From assembly GCA_965195285.1 (NCBI GenBank), contig CBDAFS010000062.1:1-64000 (forward strand): a stretch of DNA of 64,000 nucleotides, read 5' to 3'. Origin of the DNA: an uncultured Aminicenantes bacterium (GTDB lineage: Bacteria; Acidobacteriota; Aminicenantia; UBA2199). Under the pieces are notes generated by a model. The model did not search any database and was not told where the DNA came from. It saw nothing but the letters and a program-made list of their open reading frames with translations. Below are positions 27,474 through 37,417 of the stretch, one piece after another. Position 1 is the first letter of the stretch; each line of letters opens with the position of its first letter. A program made the position numbers and the translations under genes.

Positions 27474-28508
27474 TTATTCGGACATATCCAGACGTGATCT
27501 GGCCGCACTCAGGATATCCGACAAACCCTTATCCTGATCTTCCTGGGGTTTGCCTTTGGCAAGATCATTGAACCATAAGTGCTGCAAATATTTATAGGCT
27601 TTGGATTCTTTGTCAGAATTCAGCAATAAAAAGGCTTCGGCAAAATAACCGATGGCTTTCATTTTTTCTTTCTTAGACAGCAAAACACCGATATTTAAGG
27701 CTGTTTTGGCTGCCCGATCATCCTTATCCTGAATTTTGTAGTATTTATCAAAATAAAAAATAGCCCTGTCCTTGTCTCCCTTTTTATTGTACCAGGTTCC
27801 CAGCATATTGTAGCATTTGGCATTTTCCTCGGTCTGATCACACACCTTTTCCACAAAATGTATGGCCTTATCAACCATATTTATTTTGCTCAACTTATAG
27901 GCCAGGCTCAGTATCAATGCCAGGTTTCGATCGGTTTTGTGGATATTGTAGGCTTCAATTCCTTTCTGGGCTGCTTCAACCAAGGTTTCCGGATTGTCCT
28001 TACCCTTTTCAAACAATAAAAGGGTTTGGATGCGGTAGGCGGGGGCAATGAAAAGTTTATCGATATTTTCGCTCAATTGCTTGCTTCGATCAGTGGTTTC
28101 GGTGGTCATTTTAATGGAATTTCCGAACTCGATCACCAGTCCTGCATAGTGATAGGCCTTATCCAGGTCAGACTTGGTCAAATAAAAGGCTTTGGACAGA
28201 ATCAGATATGTCTGAAGTTTAAAATTGGCTTCCAGATCCTTATGCTCCAGGGCCTGTTCGCCATATTCAATCGAGTTATCATATTTCTTTAATTGAAATG
28301 AAGTTTGGCAGAGATTGAAATACAAATATTTGGAGTGTTTACCTTCTTTTTTCTCGAATTTCTGTAAAAATTCCTCAAAATACTGCAATCTGAGTTCTAG
28401 ATTCTTCTCAGCAGCGGCTTTTAACCACAAATCCTGTCTCTCATCCGCAATCAATAAGAGAGAAGCACAAAAAACAAAGAACAAAACCAAAATAACAACT
28501 TTTTTCAT
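27474..28508 (-). CDS. Secreted TPR protein
   Basis: Signal peptide, TPR-like repeats, GGAGG SD. Confidence 0.78.
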   Translation of the reverse strand: MKKVVILVLFFVFCASLLLIADERQDLWLKAAAEKNLELRLQYFEEFLQKFEKKEGKHSKYLYFNLCQTSFQLKKYDNSIEYGEQALEHKDLEANFKLQTYLILSKAFYLTKSDLDKAYHYAGLVIEFGNSIKMTTETTDRSKQLSENIDKLFIAPAYRIQTLLLFEKGKDNPETLVEAAQKGIEAYNIHKTDRNLALILSLAYKLSKINMVDKAIHFVEKVCDQTEENAKCYNMLGTWYNKKGDKDRAIFYFDKYYKIQDKDDRAAKTALNIGVLLSKKEKMKAIGYFAEAFLLLNSDKESKAYKYLQHLWFNDLAKGKPQEDQDKGLSDILSAARSRLDMSE

Positions 28509-28727
28509 CTGGATTCCTCCAAAAATTTATTTGCACCCGTTTTTATTATGAAAAATATTTTTTGTTTTGTCAAGCATTGGTATTCGAAATCAGATATTCT
28601 TTGCCTGTCTTCCGGCCCGGTGCCTAACTTCACCCGACATTATGCCGCACCAGTGAATTCGGTCAAATTTTAACCTTGATTTTTGACTGACGATATGTTA
28701 TTTTTATCTTTAATTTCGGAGACTGGG

Positions 28728-29819
28728 ATGAAAAAAACAAAACTCAACAAAGCCCATCATTTTCTTAAAGGTAAAATGATCGATTTTCTGGGATGGGAGC
28801 TCCCGCTTCAATTCTCAGGCATCAATGAAGAACACAATGCAGTCAGAACCACAGGTGGCATATTCGATGTCAGTCACATGGGGGAAATTTTTTTCAGGGG
28901 TGAACAGGCACTGGATGCCATCCAATTCCTGACCTCCAACAATGCGACCAAACTGGTCCCGGGCAAAATCCAGTACTCTGCCTTGCTCACTGAAAAAGGC
29001 TGTTTCATCGATGACCTGCTGGTTTATATGATGGCTGACAACCAATACATGCTTGTAGTCAATGCCGCCAATATCGAAAAAGATTTCAACTGGATGAAAA
29101 CCAGGACATCCCATTTTAAAGTGGAAATTAAAAATGAAAGTGATGCCTATACCCAGATTGCTATTCAGGGTCCCCGGGCCGGAAAATTACTGGCTCAATT
29201 TACCGATAACGATATTTCAACCATCAACTATTACCATTTTAACTCTGGCGAGATCCTGGGAATCGATGCTATCATTTCCCGAACCGGATACACCGGTGAG
29301 GATGGTTTCGAAGTATATTTTAAATCCACCGATGATCAGGCCGCGGAGGTATTCCTGCAATTGGCCGAGCAAGGGAAAAAAATGGACATTCTGCCTGCCG
29401 GCCTGGGTGCCAGAGATACCCTGAGACTTGAAGCCAAAATGGCACTCTACGGGAATGATATTGACGATTCCCATACGGTTCTGGAAGCGGATCTATCCTG
29501 GATTTTGAAACTCAAGAAGGGGGAATTTATAGGGAAACCAACCCTGCTGGCTCAAAAGGAAAAGGGCATAACCCGAAAACTCATTGGTTTCGAGTTAATT
29601 GAAAAGGGTATTGCCAGACACGGTTATCCGGTCTACCCGGGAGATGAAACAACCAGCACGGTTACCAGCGGAACTTTTGCCCCCTATCTGAAAAAATCGA
29701 TCGGATTAACCTACCTGCCTATTGAATTCAGCCCGATCGGAACCGAATTCAAGATTGGGATCAGAGACAGGAAAGTCAGAGCCCGTGTGGTAGAAACCCC
29801 TTTTTACAAGCGCAAATAA
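28728..29819 (+). CDS. gcvT: Glycine cleavage system aminomethyltransferase T
   Basis: FDVSHMGE, SRTGYTGEDGFE, GLGARDTLRLEA. Confidence 0.96.
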   Translation: MKKTKLNKAHHFLKGKMIDFLGWELPLQFSGINEEHNAVRTTGGIFDVSHMGEIFFRGEQALDAIQFLTSNNATKLVPGKIQYSALLTEKGCFIDDLLVYMMADNQYMLVVNAANIEKDFNWMKTRTSHFKVEIKNESDAYTQIAIQGPRAGKLLAQFTDNDISTINYYHFNSGEILGIDAIISRTGYTGEDGFEVYFKSTDDQAAEVFLQLAEQGKKMDILPAGLGARDTLRLEAKMALYGNDIDDSHTVLEADLSWILKLKKGEFIGKPTLLAQKEKGITRKLIGFELIEKGIARHGYPVYPGDETTSTVTSGTFAPYLKKSIGLTYLPIEFSPIGTEFKIGIRDRKVRARVVETPFYKRK

Positions 29820-29867
29820 TCATGCTTCTTGGCAACCGTCAAAAATAGACTTATAGAGGAGGGAAAA

Positions 29868-30257
29868 TTGAATTTAAAAAATTTCAAATTCACTGAGGAT
29901 CATGAATGGGTGAATTGCGAAGGCAATATTTCCACCATCGGAATCACCGACTATGCCCAGAAGGAGTTGGGCGATGTGGTTTATGTGGAATTGCCAACAC
30001 CGGGTGATGCCATCAAAAAAGGTGATGTCTGTTCCAACATTGAATCTGTGAAAGCTGTCAGCGATATTTATGCTCCGGTTTCAGGAGAAATCACCGAAAT
30101 CAACAACACATTGGATGACCAGCCGGAAAGGGTCAATCAGGATCCCTACGGGGATGGCTGGCTATTCAAAATCAAGATGAATAACCCAGACGAAATCGAA
30201 GCTCTGATCGATGAGGAAAAATACAACAACTATCTGAAGGGAATTTCAGAGGAATAG
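29868..30257 (+). CDS. gcvH: Glycine cleavage system H protein
   Basis: HEW, GITDYAQ, ESVKAVSD lipoyl motif; TTG start after GAGGAGG. Confidence 0.96.
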   Translation: MNLKNFKFTEDHEWVNCEGNISTIGITDYAQKELGDVVYVELPTPGDAIKKGDVCSNIESVKAVSDIYAPVSGEITEINNTLDDQPERVNQDPYGDGWLFKIKMNNPDEIEALIDEEKYNNYLKGISEE

Positions 30258-30260
30258 TGT

Positions 30261-31610
30261 ATGAGATTTCTACCACTGTCCGATGCGGACAGAGAGGAAA
30301 TGAAAAAATTTTTAGGGATCGAGAAAGTCAGGGAGATTTTTTCCGATATCCCCCTGGAGCATTCCTATTACTCTCTGGACCAACTGCCCTCTTCACTCCC
30401 GGAAAACCGGCTGATCGACTTTTTTCGGAAACTGGCCCATCAAAATAAGTTTTCCCAATACATCCATTATCTGGGCGGGGGCGCCTATCAACATTTTATT
30501 CCGGAAGTGGTCAATTATTTAAGTGCCAAAGGTGAATTTCTCACCCCTTATACCCCCTATCAACCGGAAGTCAGCCAGGGAAGCCTTCAGGCCATGTTCG
30601 AATATCAGACCATGATGACCCTGTTAACCGGCATGGATATATCAAACTCCTCTCTGTATGACGGCGGCACCGCTGCCGCCGAGGGAGTACTGCTGGCCCT
30701 CAGAAAATCAAAAAAAAACCGGTTCCTCATGGCTGAAAATCTTCACCCGGAATATATTGAGATTATTAAAACCTATGTTCAAAACCTGAACATTGATTTC
30801 CAGACTGTTGTTTTTCATGAAGAGACCGGAAAAGTGGATATATCCGATCTGAAACAAAAAATGGATGGGGATACTGCCGCTTTCATTTTCCAGTCTCCAA
30901 ATTTTTTCGGTGTTATTGAAGACAGCCATGAGATTTCAAGCCTTCTCCATCAACAAAATGTCTATTCGATCCAGGTCATTACCGAAGCCATGTCTCTGGC
31001 ATTTTTAAATTCACCGGCTGATAATGGTGTGGACATTGCCCTGGGTGAAGCTCAGAGTTTCGGACTCCCTCTGGGTTTCGGAGGACCCTATCTGGGCTTC
31101 CTGACCACCAAGCAGGAATTCCTGCGACAGATGCCCGGACGTATCGTGGGCCAAACCAAAGACAACCAGGGAAGGCGGGGTTATATACTGACCCTCTCCA
31201 CCCGTGAGCAACATATTAAAAGAGAGAAAGCCACATCCAATATTTGCACCAATCAGGCCTGGTGCGCCTTAAGAACCGCCATGTACCTGGCTACCATGGG
31301 TAAAACCGGACTGGAAAAAATCGGGAAACTCAATCATTTGAATACGGCTTATTTTGTCAGATCCATATCCGGATTCGATCATGTAAAAATCAGATATCAA
31401 AAGGATTTTTATAACGAAGTGGTCATGGATATCAAGAACATGAGCGCCAGCAATTTCCTCCAGAAGTTGGAAAAAAAGAACATTCTCGCCGGAATTCCCT
31501 TGAAGTGGTTTTATCCTGAATTTCAGGATTCAATACTCATCAATTTTACCGAGAACCACAAAACCGAAGACATTGATTCTTTAGTGGATTGCATCGGGGA
31601 ACTAAAATGA
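30261..31610 (+). CDS. gcvPA: Glycine dehydrogenase subunit 1
   Basis: YTPYQPEVSQG, TREQHIKREKATSNICTNQ. Confidence 0.95.
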   Translation: MRFLPLSDADREEMKKFLGIEKVREIFSDIPLEHSYYSLDQLPSSLPENRLIDFFRKLAHQNKFSQYIHYLGGGAYQHFIPEVVNYLSAKGEFLTPYTPYQPEVSQGSLQAMFEYQTMMTLLTGMDISNSSLYDGGTAAAEGVLLALRKSKKNRFLMAENLHPEYIEIIKTYVQNLNIDFQTVVFHEETGKVDISDLKQKMDGDTAAFIFQSPNFFGVIEDSHEISSLLHQQNVYSIQVITEAMSLAFLNSPADNGVDIALGEAQSFGLPLGFGGPYLGFLTTKQEFLRQMPGRIVGQTKDNQGRRGYILTLSTREQHIKREKATSNICTNQAWCALRTAMYLATMGKTGLEKIGKLNHLNTAYFVRSISGFDHVKIRYQKDFYNEVVMDIKNMSASNFLQKLEKKNILAGIPLKWFYPEFQDSILINFTENHKTEDIDSLVDCIGELK

Positions 31611-33052
31611 ACAAACTGCCAGAACTCATTTTTAATAAGAGCAAAGCGGGAAAAATCGGTTACTCTTTTTCAGATACTAAACTGGCAGACGACTTGATTG
31701 CCATTGACCATAACAAGCTCAGAAAGGAAATCAACGACTTCCCCCAGCTTTCCGAAGTTGAAATCGTTCGTCATTATACCAATCTGTCTCATTTGAATCA
31801 TTCGGTCGATTCAGGATTCTACCCTCTGGGATCCTGCACCATGAAATACAATCCGAAAATCAACGATAAAGTGGCCGGGTTTGAAGCATTTTCCGCCCAC
31901 CCCTACTCACCTCATCACCTGGTCCAGGGCAACCTGGAGATTTTGAGCCGGTTAGAGAAATGGCTGGTTCAGATCACCGGCATGACCAAATTTACATTAA
32001 CCCCGGCAGCCGGCGCCCATGGCGAACTGGCGGGCATGATGGTCATCCGGAAGTATTTGACCTCAACCGGCAACCCCAGAAAAGTGGTACTGATTCCCGA
32101 TTCCGCTCACGGAACCAATCCGGCATCCGCCCATTTTGCCGGTTATGAAATCCGGGAGATCCCCTCCAATCCGGATGGCATCATCGACGCAGATGAACTG
32201 GAAAAATACCTCAACCCTGAAGTAGCCGCACTGATGATGACCAATCCCAATACCCTGGGGATCTTTGAAAAACATATATGCCGGATCGCGGAAGCCCTGC
32301 ATCGAAATGGATCGCTACTCTATATGGACGGGGCCAACATGAATGCCTTTCTGGGAATTGTAAAGCCGGGAAACCTGGGAGTTGACGTCCTTCATTTAAA
32401 CCTGCATAAAACCTTTTCAACTCCCCATGGTGGTGGTGGACCGGGTTCAGGACCCATCGGAGTGACCCGGCAACTGGAAGCATTCCTGCCGGTTCCCCTG
32501 ATTTCCAGAACTGACAATGAATTCAGGGTCGAATATTTCAGCCAGCAGGGCATCGGCAGGATTAAAAATTTTTACGGCAACTTTCTGGTCATTGTCCGGG
32601 CCTTATCTTATCTTTTATCTCTGGGCAGGGAAAATATCCGAAAAGTAGCCGAAGATGCGGTTTTAAATGCCAACTATATTCGAAAGCATTTGGAAAAATT
32701 ATTTGAATTACCCTATAAATCCAAGACTCTGCATGAAGTTGTTTTTTCGGATAAGGGATTGCCGGTTAAAACCCTTGACCTGGCCAAAAGACTTCTGGAT
32801 TATCATATTCACCCGTTTACGATTTATTTTCCCCTGATCGTTCAAGGTGCCATGATGATTGAACCCACCGAAACCGAAAGCAAAGAAACCCTTGACCGAT
32901 TTATCGAGGTCATGAAAAAAATCATCCGGGAATCGCAAGAAAATCCTGATCTGGTTAAAACATCGCCCCATACCACACCGGTATCAAGACTGGACGAAGT
33001 TCAGGCGGCGCGCCATCCGGTTTTAAAATGGGAAAAAAAGGAGAATCATTGA
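31607..33052 (+). CDS. gcvPB: Glycine dehydrogenase subunit 2
   Basis: PLGSCTMKYNP, HLNLHKTFSTPHGGGGPG. Confidence 0.95.
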   Translation: MNKLPELIFNKSKAGKIGYSFSDTKLADDLIAIDHNKLRKEINDFPQLSEVEIVRHYTNLSHLNHSVDSGFYPLGSCTMKYNPKINDKVAGFEAFSAHPYSPHHLVQGNLEILSRLEKWLVQITGMTKFTLTPAAGAHGELAGMMVIRKYLTSTGNPRKVVLIPDSAHGTNPASAHFAGYEIREIPSNPDGIIDADELEKYLNPEVAALMMTNPNTLGIFEKHICRIAEALHRNGSLLYMDGANMNAFLGIVKPGNLGVDVLHLNLHKTFSTPHGGGGPGSGPIGVTRQLEAFLPVPLISRTDNEFRVEYFSQQGIGRIKNFYGNFLVIVRALSYLLSLGRENIRKVAEDAVLNANYIRKHLEKLFELPYKSKTLHEVVFSDKGLPVKTLDLAKRLLDYHIHPFTIYFPLIVQGAMMIEPTETESKETLDRFIEVMKKIIRESQENPDLVKTSPHTTPVSRLDEVQAARHPVLKWEKKENH

Positions 33053-33921
33053 GTTTACAAGACGTCATATTAAAACTACAGGAATTCTGGTCATTGAATG
33101 GCTGTTGTATTGTTTCAGGATATGATCATGAAGTGGGAGCCGGGACCATGACCCCGGACACATTTTTTCGAGTACTGGGTAAGAAACCCTGGAGAATCGC
33201 CTACTGGCAGCCATCCAGAAGACCTGATGACGGACGGTACGGAGAAAACCCCAACCGGGTACAAAAACACAATCAATTCCAGGTCATTTTAAAACCGGTA
33301 CCTGCAGACGGACAGAATTTATACTTCAACAGCCTGCAACAACTGGGTGTTGATATCAGAAATCATGATATCAAATTCGATGAAGACAACTGGGCCTCCC
33401 CTTCACTGGGAGCCTGGGGAGTGGGCTGGCAGGTGATGTGCGACGGACTGGAAATCACCCAGTATACCTACTTCCAGCAGGCCGGTGGTTTGGAATTAAA
33501 TCCAAACTCTCTGGAAATAACCTATGGGTTGGAACGTCTGGCCATGTTCCTGGATGGCCAGAGCAATATCTACGATCTGACCTGGGGCCATCAGGTCCCC
33601 TATTCCGATTTCAGATATGAAGAGGAAAGGCAATTTTCGAAATACAATTTTGAATACGCCCATATCGATTTTCTGAGAAGTATTTTCAACCAGTACAAGG
33701 ACGAGGCAGAAAGATTAATAGAAGCCAATTTATACCTACCGGCCTTTGACCTGGTCCTGAAATGCTCTCATACTTTCAACATTCTGGATGCCCGAAAGGC
33801 AATTTCCATTGCGGAAAGAACCACCCTGATGGCAACCTTGAGAAGCCTTTCTTCCCGAATTGCCAGGAAGTATATCGAGGATACAGAAGGGGAACCAGAA
33901 AAGGAGGGAACCAGTGGCTGA
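33049..33921 (+). CDS. glyQ: Glycyl-tRNA synthetase alpha subunit
   Basis: EVGAGT, DGRYGENPNR, EITYGLERL; TTG start overlapping gcvPB stop. Confidence 0.96.
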   Translation: MSLQDVILKLQEFWSLNGCCIVSGYDHEVGAGTMTPDTFFRVLGKKPWRIAYWQPSRRPDDGRYGENPNRVQKHNQFQVILKPVPADGQNLYFNSLQQLGVDIRNHDIKFDEDNWASPSLGAWGVGWQVMCDGLEITQYTYFQQAGGLELNPNSLEITYGLERLAMFLDGQSNIYDLTWGHQVPYSDFRYEEERQFSKYNFEYAHIDFLRSIFNQYKDEAERLIEANLYLPAFDLVLKCSHTFNILDARKAISIAERTTLMATLRSLSSRIARKYIEDTEGEPEKEGTSG

Positions 33922-35995
33922 CTTTCTCTTTGAACTGGGAATTGAAGAAGTCCCGGTTTCTGAAATAAAAAGCATTACCGGTCAATTAAAGGATAAATTT
34001 ATCTCAAAACTGGACACCCAGAAGATTACTTTTACTTCCCTGGAATCGGCAGCCACCAACAGAAGATTCATGGTTCACATCTCAGGTCTGGCCGATAAAT
34101 CCCAGGATCATGAAGCGCAGATCCTGGGTCCATCCCTCAACATCGCCTATGATAAAAAGGGAAATTCCACCATTGCCCTGAAAAAATTCATCGAATCCCA
34201 GGACATAAACAAATCAAATCTCATTGAGATCGAAACCAAAAAAGGAATTTACACCGGAACCCAAAAAAAGACCAAGGGAAAACTGACCCATGATGTGTTA
34301 ACTGAAATCATACCCGAAGTCCTAAAAGAACTTGTTTTTTCCAAAACAATGCTGTGGAACAAATACAGAATTCCTTTCATCAGACCCATTAAGAATATTC
34401 TATCGCTTTTAAACAGTCAGTTAATCGAATGCCGGTTTGCCGGAGTCGAATCATCAAACTTTATCCATGGACACAACCTGCTTTCTGCCGACCTGTTGGA
34501 AATTCATTCGGTGAAGGATTACATTGAGAAATTGAATAATAATTTTGTAATGGTCGGAGATAATGAGAGAAGGGAAAAAATATTGAATGAGATCAAGGAT
34601 ATTGAAGAAGAATTGAATGCCAGAGTGGAAATAGATTCGGAATCCCTGGATTATTATATTTATAATAATGAATACCCGGTTGTGTTTACCGGTGAATTCG
34701 AAAAGAAATATCTGTCGCTTCCCTCAGAAATTATTTCCACTTTCATGAGAAAGGAAAAAAAGCTGCAGCCGATATATGATCCCAAAGGTAATCTTATGAA
34801 AATTTTTCTGGGCGTGTCCAATATCCCGGACGAAAACAAAAATGTGGTTCACGGAAACGAAAAGGTCATTCAGGCCACCCTGGAGGATGCCAAATTTTTC
34901 TGGGAAAATGATAAAAAGGATGATTTTATCTCCTTGAGAGAAAAACTGAAAAATGTGATTTTTCAAAAAGACCTGGGCTCTTTTTTTGATAAAACCGAAC
35001 GGTTGAAGGATCTAACCGGATTTCTGGCCCAGATAACCCGGAATACCGACCTGACCGATAGCCTGGGCCAAGCCTCACTCTATTGCAAGAACGACTTGGT
35101 CACCCGCATGGTTAGAGAATTCCCTTCCTTGCAGGGTATTATGGGCGGCCTTTATCTAAAGGAAAATCAATATGATGAAGATATCTGGATAACCATATAC
35201 AGCCATTACCTGCCCAGAGGATTTTCAGATGAAAAGCTGGAACACCTGGGTGCCGGTCTGCTCTCTTTGGCCGATAAAATCGATAATATTACCGGTTTGC
35301 TCCACAAGAGCATCAAAACATCCGGTTCAAAAGATCCCTATGGAATCCGGAGAGATGCCAATGCCATCATCAAACTCATGATCGATTTGAATCTGGATTT
35401 TGATTTAAATCCTCTGATCCAGTTTGCCGCCGAGAATTTGTTCTCTCACCTGAGACCGGAAAAGATCGACGAAGATGCCGTCACCCTGACTTTAAAAATT
35501 AAAAAACTTTTTAACATCAGGATTGAAAATGTTTTCAAGGACAGCCTGAATCTGAAACCCGATCTGATTTCGGCCATAATGAATGAAGATACACTGTTCA
35601 TCCACACCATGTACCAACGGGCCAAAGCGGTTTTAAACATGAAGGAAACTACCTCAATAGAACACCTGATCGTACTCCACAAGCGGCTGAAAAATATCAT
35701 CAAAGATTTTGAACCCTATCCAATAGCCGAAGAACATCTGGTGGAAAAGGAAGAGAAAATCCTGTTTGAAATTTTTAATCAATCAAAAACCAGGGTTGAA
35801 GAATTGATTCTGGATCACCAATATATTCAAGCCGGTTCCATCATACTGGAGATGAAACCGGTGATTGATGATTTCTTTAACCATGTCATGGTAAAGGCCA
35901 AAGACAAAAAACTCAAGAAAAACCGGATCGCCCTCTTGCAGAAAATTGATGAGCTGCTTTCAAAGATAGCCGATTTTTCTTCTATTGTGGAATAG
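33914..35995 (+). CDS. glyS: Glycyl-tRNA synthetase beta subunit
   Basis: FLFELGIEEVP, FIRPI, EFPSLQGIMG, SGSKDPYGIRR; GTG start. Confidence 0.94.
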   Translation: MADFLFELGIEEVPVSEIKSITGQLKDKFISKLDTQKITFTSLESAATNRRFMVHISGLADKSQDHEAQILGPSLNIAYDKKGNSTIALKKFIESQDINKSNLIEIETKKGIYTGTQKKTKGKLTHDVLTEIIPEVLKELVFSKTMLWNKYRIPFIRPIKNILSLLNSQLIECRFAGVESSNFIHGHNLLSADLLEIHSVKDYIEKLNNNFVMVGDNERREKILNEIKDIEEELNARVEIDSESLDYYIYNNEYPVVFTGEFEKKYLSLPSEIISTFMRKEKKLQPIYDPKGNLMKIFLGVSNIPDENKNVVHGNEKVIQATLEDAKFFWENDKKDDFISLREKLKNVIFQKDLGSFFDKTERLKDLTGFLAQITRNTDLTDSLGQASLYCKNDLVTRMVREFPSLQGIMGGLYLKENQYDEDIWITIYSHYLPRGFSDEKLEHLGAGLLSLADKIDNITGLLHKSIKTSGSKDPYGIRRDANAIIKLMIDLNLDFDLNPLIQFAAENLFSHLRPEKIDEDAVTLTLKIKKLFNIRIENVFKDSLNLKPDLISAIMNEDTLFIHTMYQRAKAVLNMKETTSIEHLIVLHKRLKNIIKDFEPYPIAEEHLVEKEEKILFEIFNQSKTRVEELILDHQYIQAGSIILEMKPVIDDFFNHVMVKAKDKKLKKNRIALLQKIDELLSKIADFSSIVE

Positions 35996-36049
35996 GCGGT
36001 CCCATTTATCCCGGGCAAGGATACCGGTAAGTATGGACAAGTGGGTGGC

Positions 36050-37405
36050 ATGAAAAAAAAAGTATTGTTCGAATGCATCGAATGCGGATACCAGAGCCCA
36101 AAATATTACGGCAAATGCCCCCAGTGCCAGAACTGGAACTCAATGGTTGAACTCAGCTCCGGGGATATCGAACCGGGACAACCATCACCGGAACGCCAGG
36201 CCATATCGTTAAGCCAAATCGAAGAGCTCCAGACAAAAAGAACCCTGACCGGTTTGCAGGAGTTTGACCGGGTTCTGGGAGGAGGGATTGTACCGGATTC
36301 GGTAATCCTGATCGGTGGAGAACCGGGGGTTGGAAAATCCACTTTATTACTTGAAGTATCGGGGATATTAACCCGCAACGGTAAAAAAATCCTGTATTTT
36401 TCCGGCGAGGAATCCGCTCACCAGATCAAAATCAGAGCCAAAAGGCTTGGAATCGATTCAAGCGATATTTTCCTATTGACCATGGGTACCCTTTCGGATC
36501 TCAAAAAAGCTGCCAGTGAATTGAAACCCGATTTTATAATCATCGATTCCATCCAAACCCTTCACCCCGACAAGCATTCTCTGGTATCGGGATCTATTTC
36601 AGCCATGAAATGGGCCACTTCCGAGATCATTGGATTTGCCAAAAAAAACGGAATCACCGTCTTCGTAATCGGACATATTACCAAGGATGGCTCCCTGGCC
36701 GGCCCCAAGACCCTGGAACACATGGTTGATGTGGTACTATATTTTCAGGGAGAATTCAAATCAGACCTGAGAATTCTGAGAGCTGAAAAAAACAGATTTG
36801 GCCCGGTGAATGAGCTAGGAATATTTCAGATGACCGGGCAGGGATTAACGTCGATCAAGGATCCTTCTCAGCTTTTTCTTCAGCACCACAGTGTGGCCGA
36901 ATCGGGAATATCCATTTTTCCGGCCATGAACGGTTTGCGCCCGATACTGATTGAGATCCAGGCCCTGGTAACCGAGAGCCCCTTTTCCGGAAACCCACGA
37001 AGAATATCGGTCGGATTTGACAATTACCGGATGTCCATGCTGATATCGGTCATTGAAAAGAAGCTAAAACTCCCCTTTTATAAATCCGATGTTTTTCTCA
37101 ATGTGACCGGAGGTATGAGTATCAGAGAGACGGCAGGCGATTTATCTGTTTTATCGGCATTGATTTCCAGTTACAAAAATATTACTGTGCCCCAGGACAT
37201 CGTGATCATCGGGGAAGTCGGTTTAACCGGAGAGGTGAGATCGGTTGGCTTTATCGATAACCGTATCAAAGAAGCCATCCGTCAAGGTTTCAAGCAATTT
37301 ATCTTACCGGCCTCCCAATCCAGCCTAACCCACATCAAAAATATTTCAATCATTTCAGTGGCAAATATATTTGACTTTTACTCCTATATTGGAAAAAGCA
37401 GATGA
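36050..37405 (+). CDS. radA: DNA repair protein RadA/Sms
   Basis: C4 zinc finger, GGEPGVGKSTL, KNRFG. Confidence 0.96.
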   Translation: MKKKVLFECIECGYQSPKYYGKCPQCQNWNSMVELSSGDIEPGQPSPERQAISLSQIEELQTKRTLTGLQEFDRVLGGGIVPDSVILIGGEPGVGKSTLLLEVSGILTRNGKKILYFSGEESAHQIKIRAKRLGIDSSDIFLLTMGTLSDLKKAASELKPDFIIIDSIQTLHPDKHSLVSGSISAMKWATSEIIGFAKKNGITVFVIGHITKDGSLAGPKTLEHMVDVVLYFQGEFKSDLRILRAEKNRFGPVNELGIFQMTGQGLTSIKDPSQLFLQHHSVAESGISIFPAMNGLRPILIEIQALVTESPFSGNPRRISVGFDNYRMSMLISVIEKKLKLPFYKSDVFLNVTGGMSIRETAGDLSVLSALISSYKNITVPQDIVIIGEVGLTGEVRSVGFIDNRIKEAIRQGFKQFILPASQSSLTHIKNISIISVANIFDFYSYIGKSR

Positions 37406-37417
37406 TTTCAGCAACTG

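Noticed and set aside
28560-28727. Glycine riboswitch upstream of gcvT
   Set aside because: No paired GGAGA...GAAG...CTCTCAGG aptamer pattern; the leader appears short
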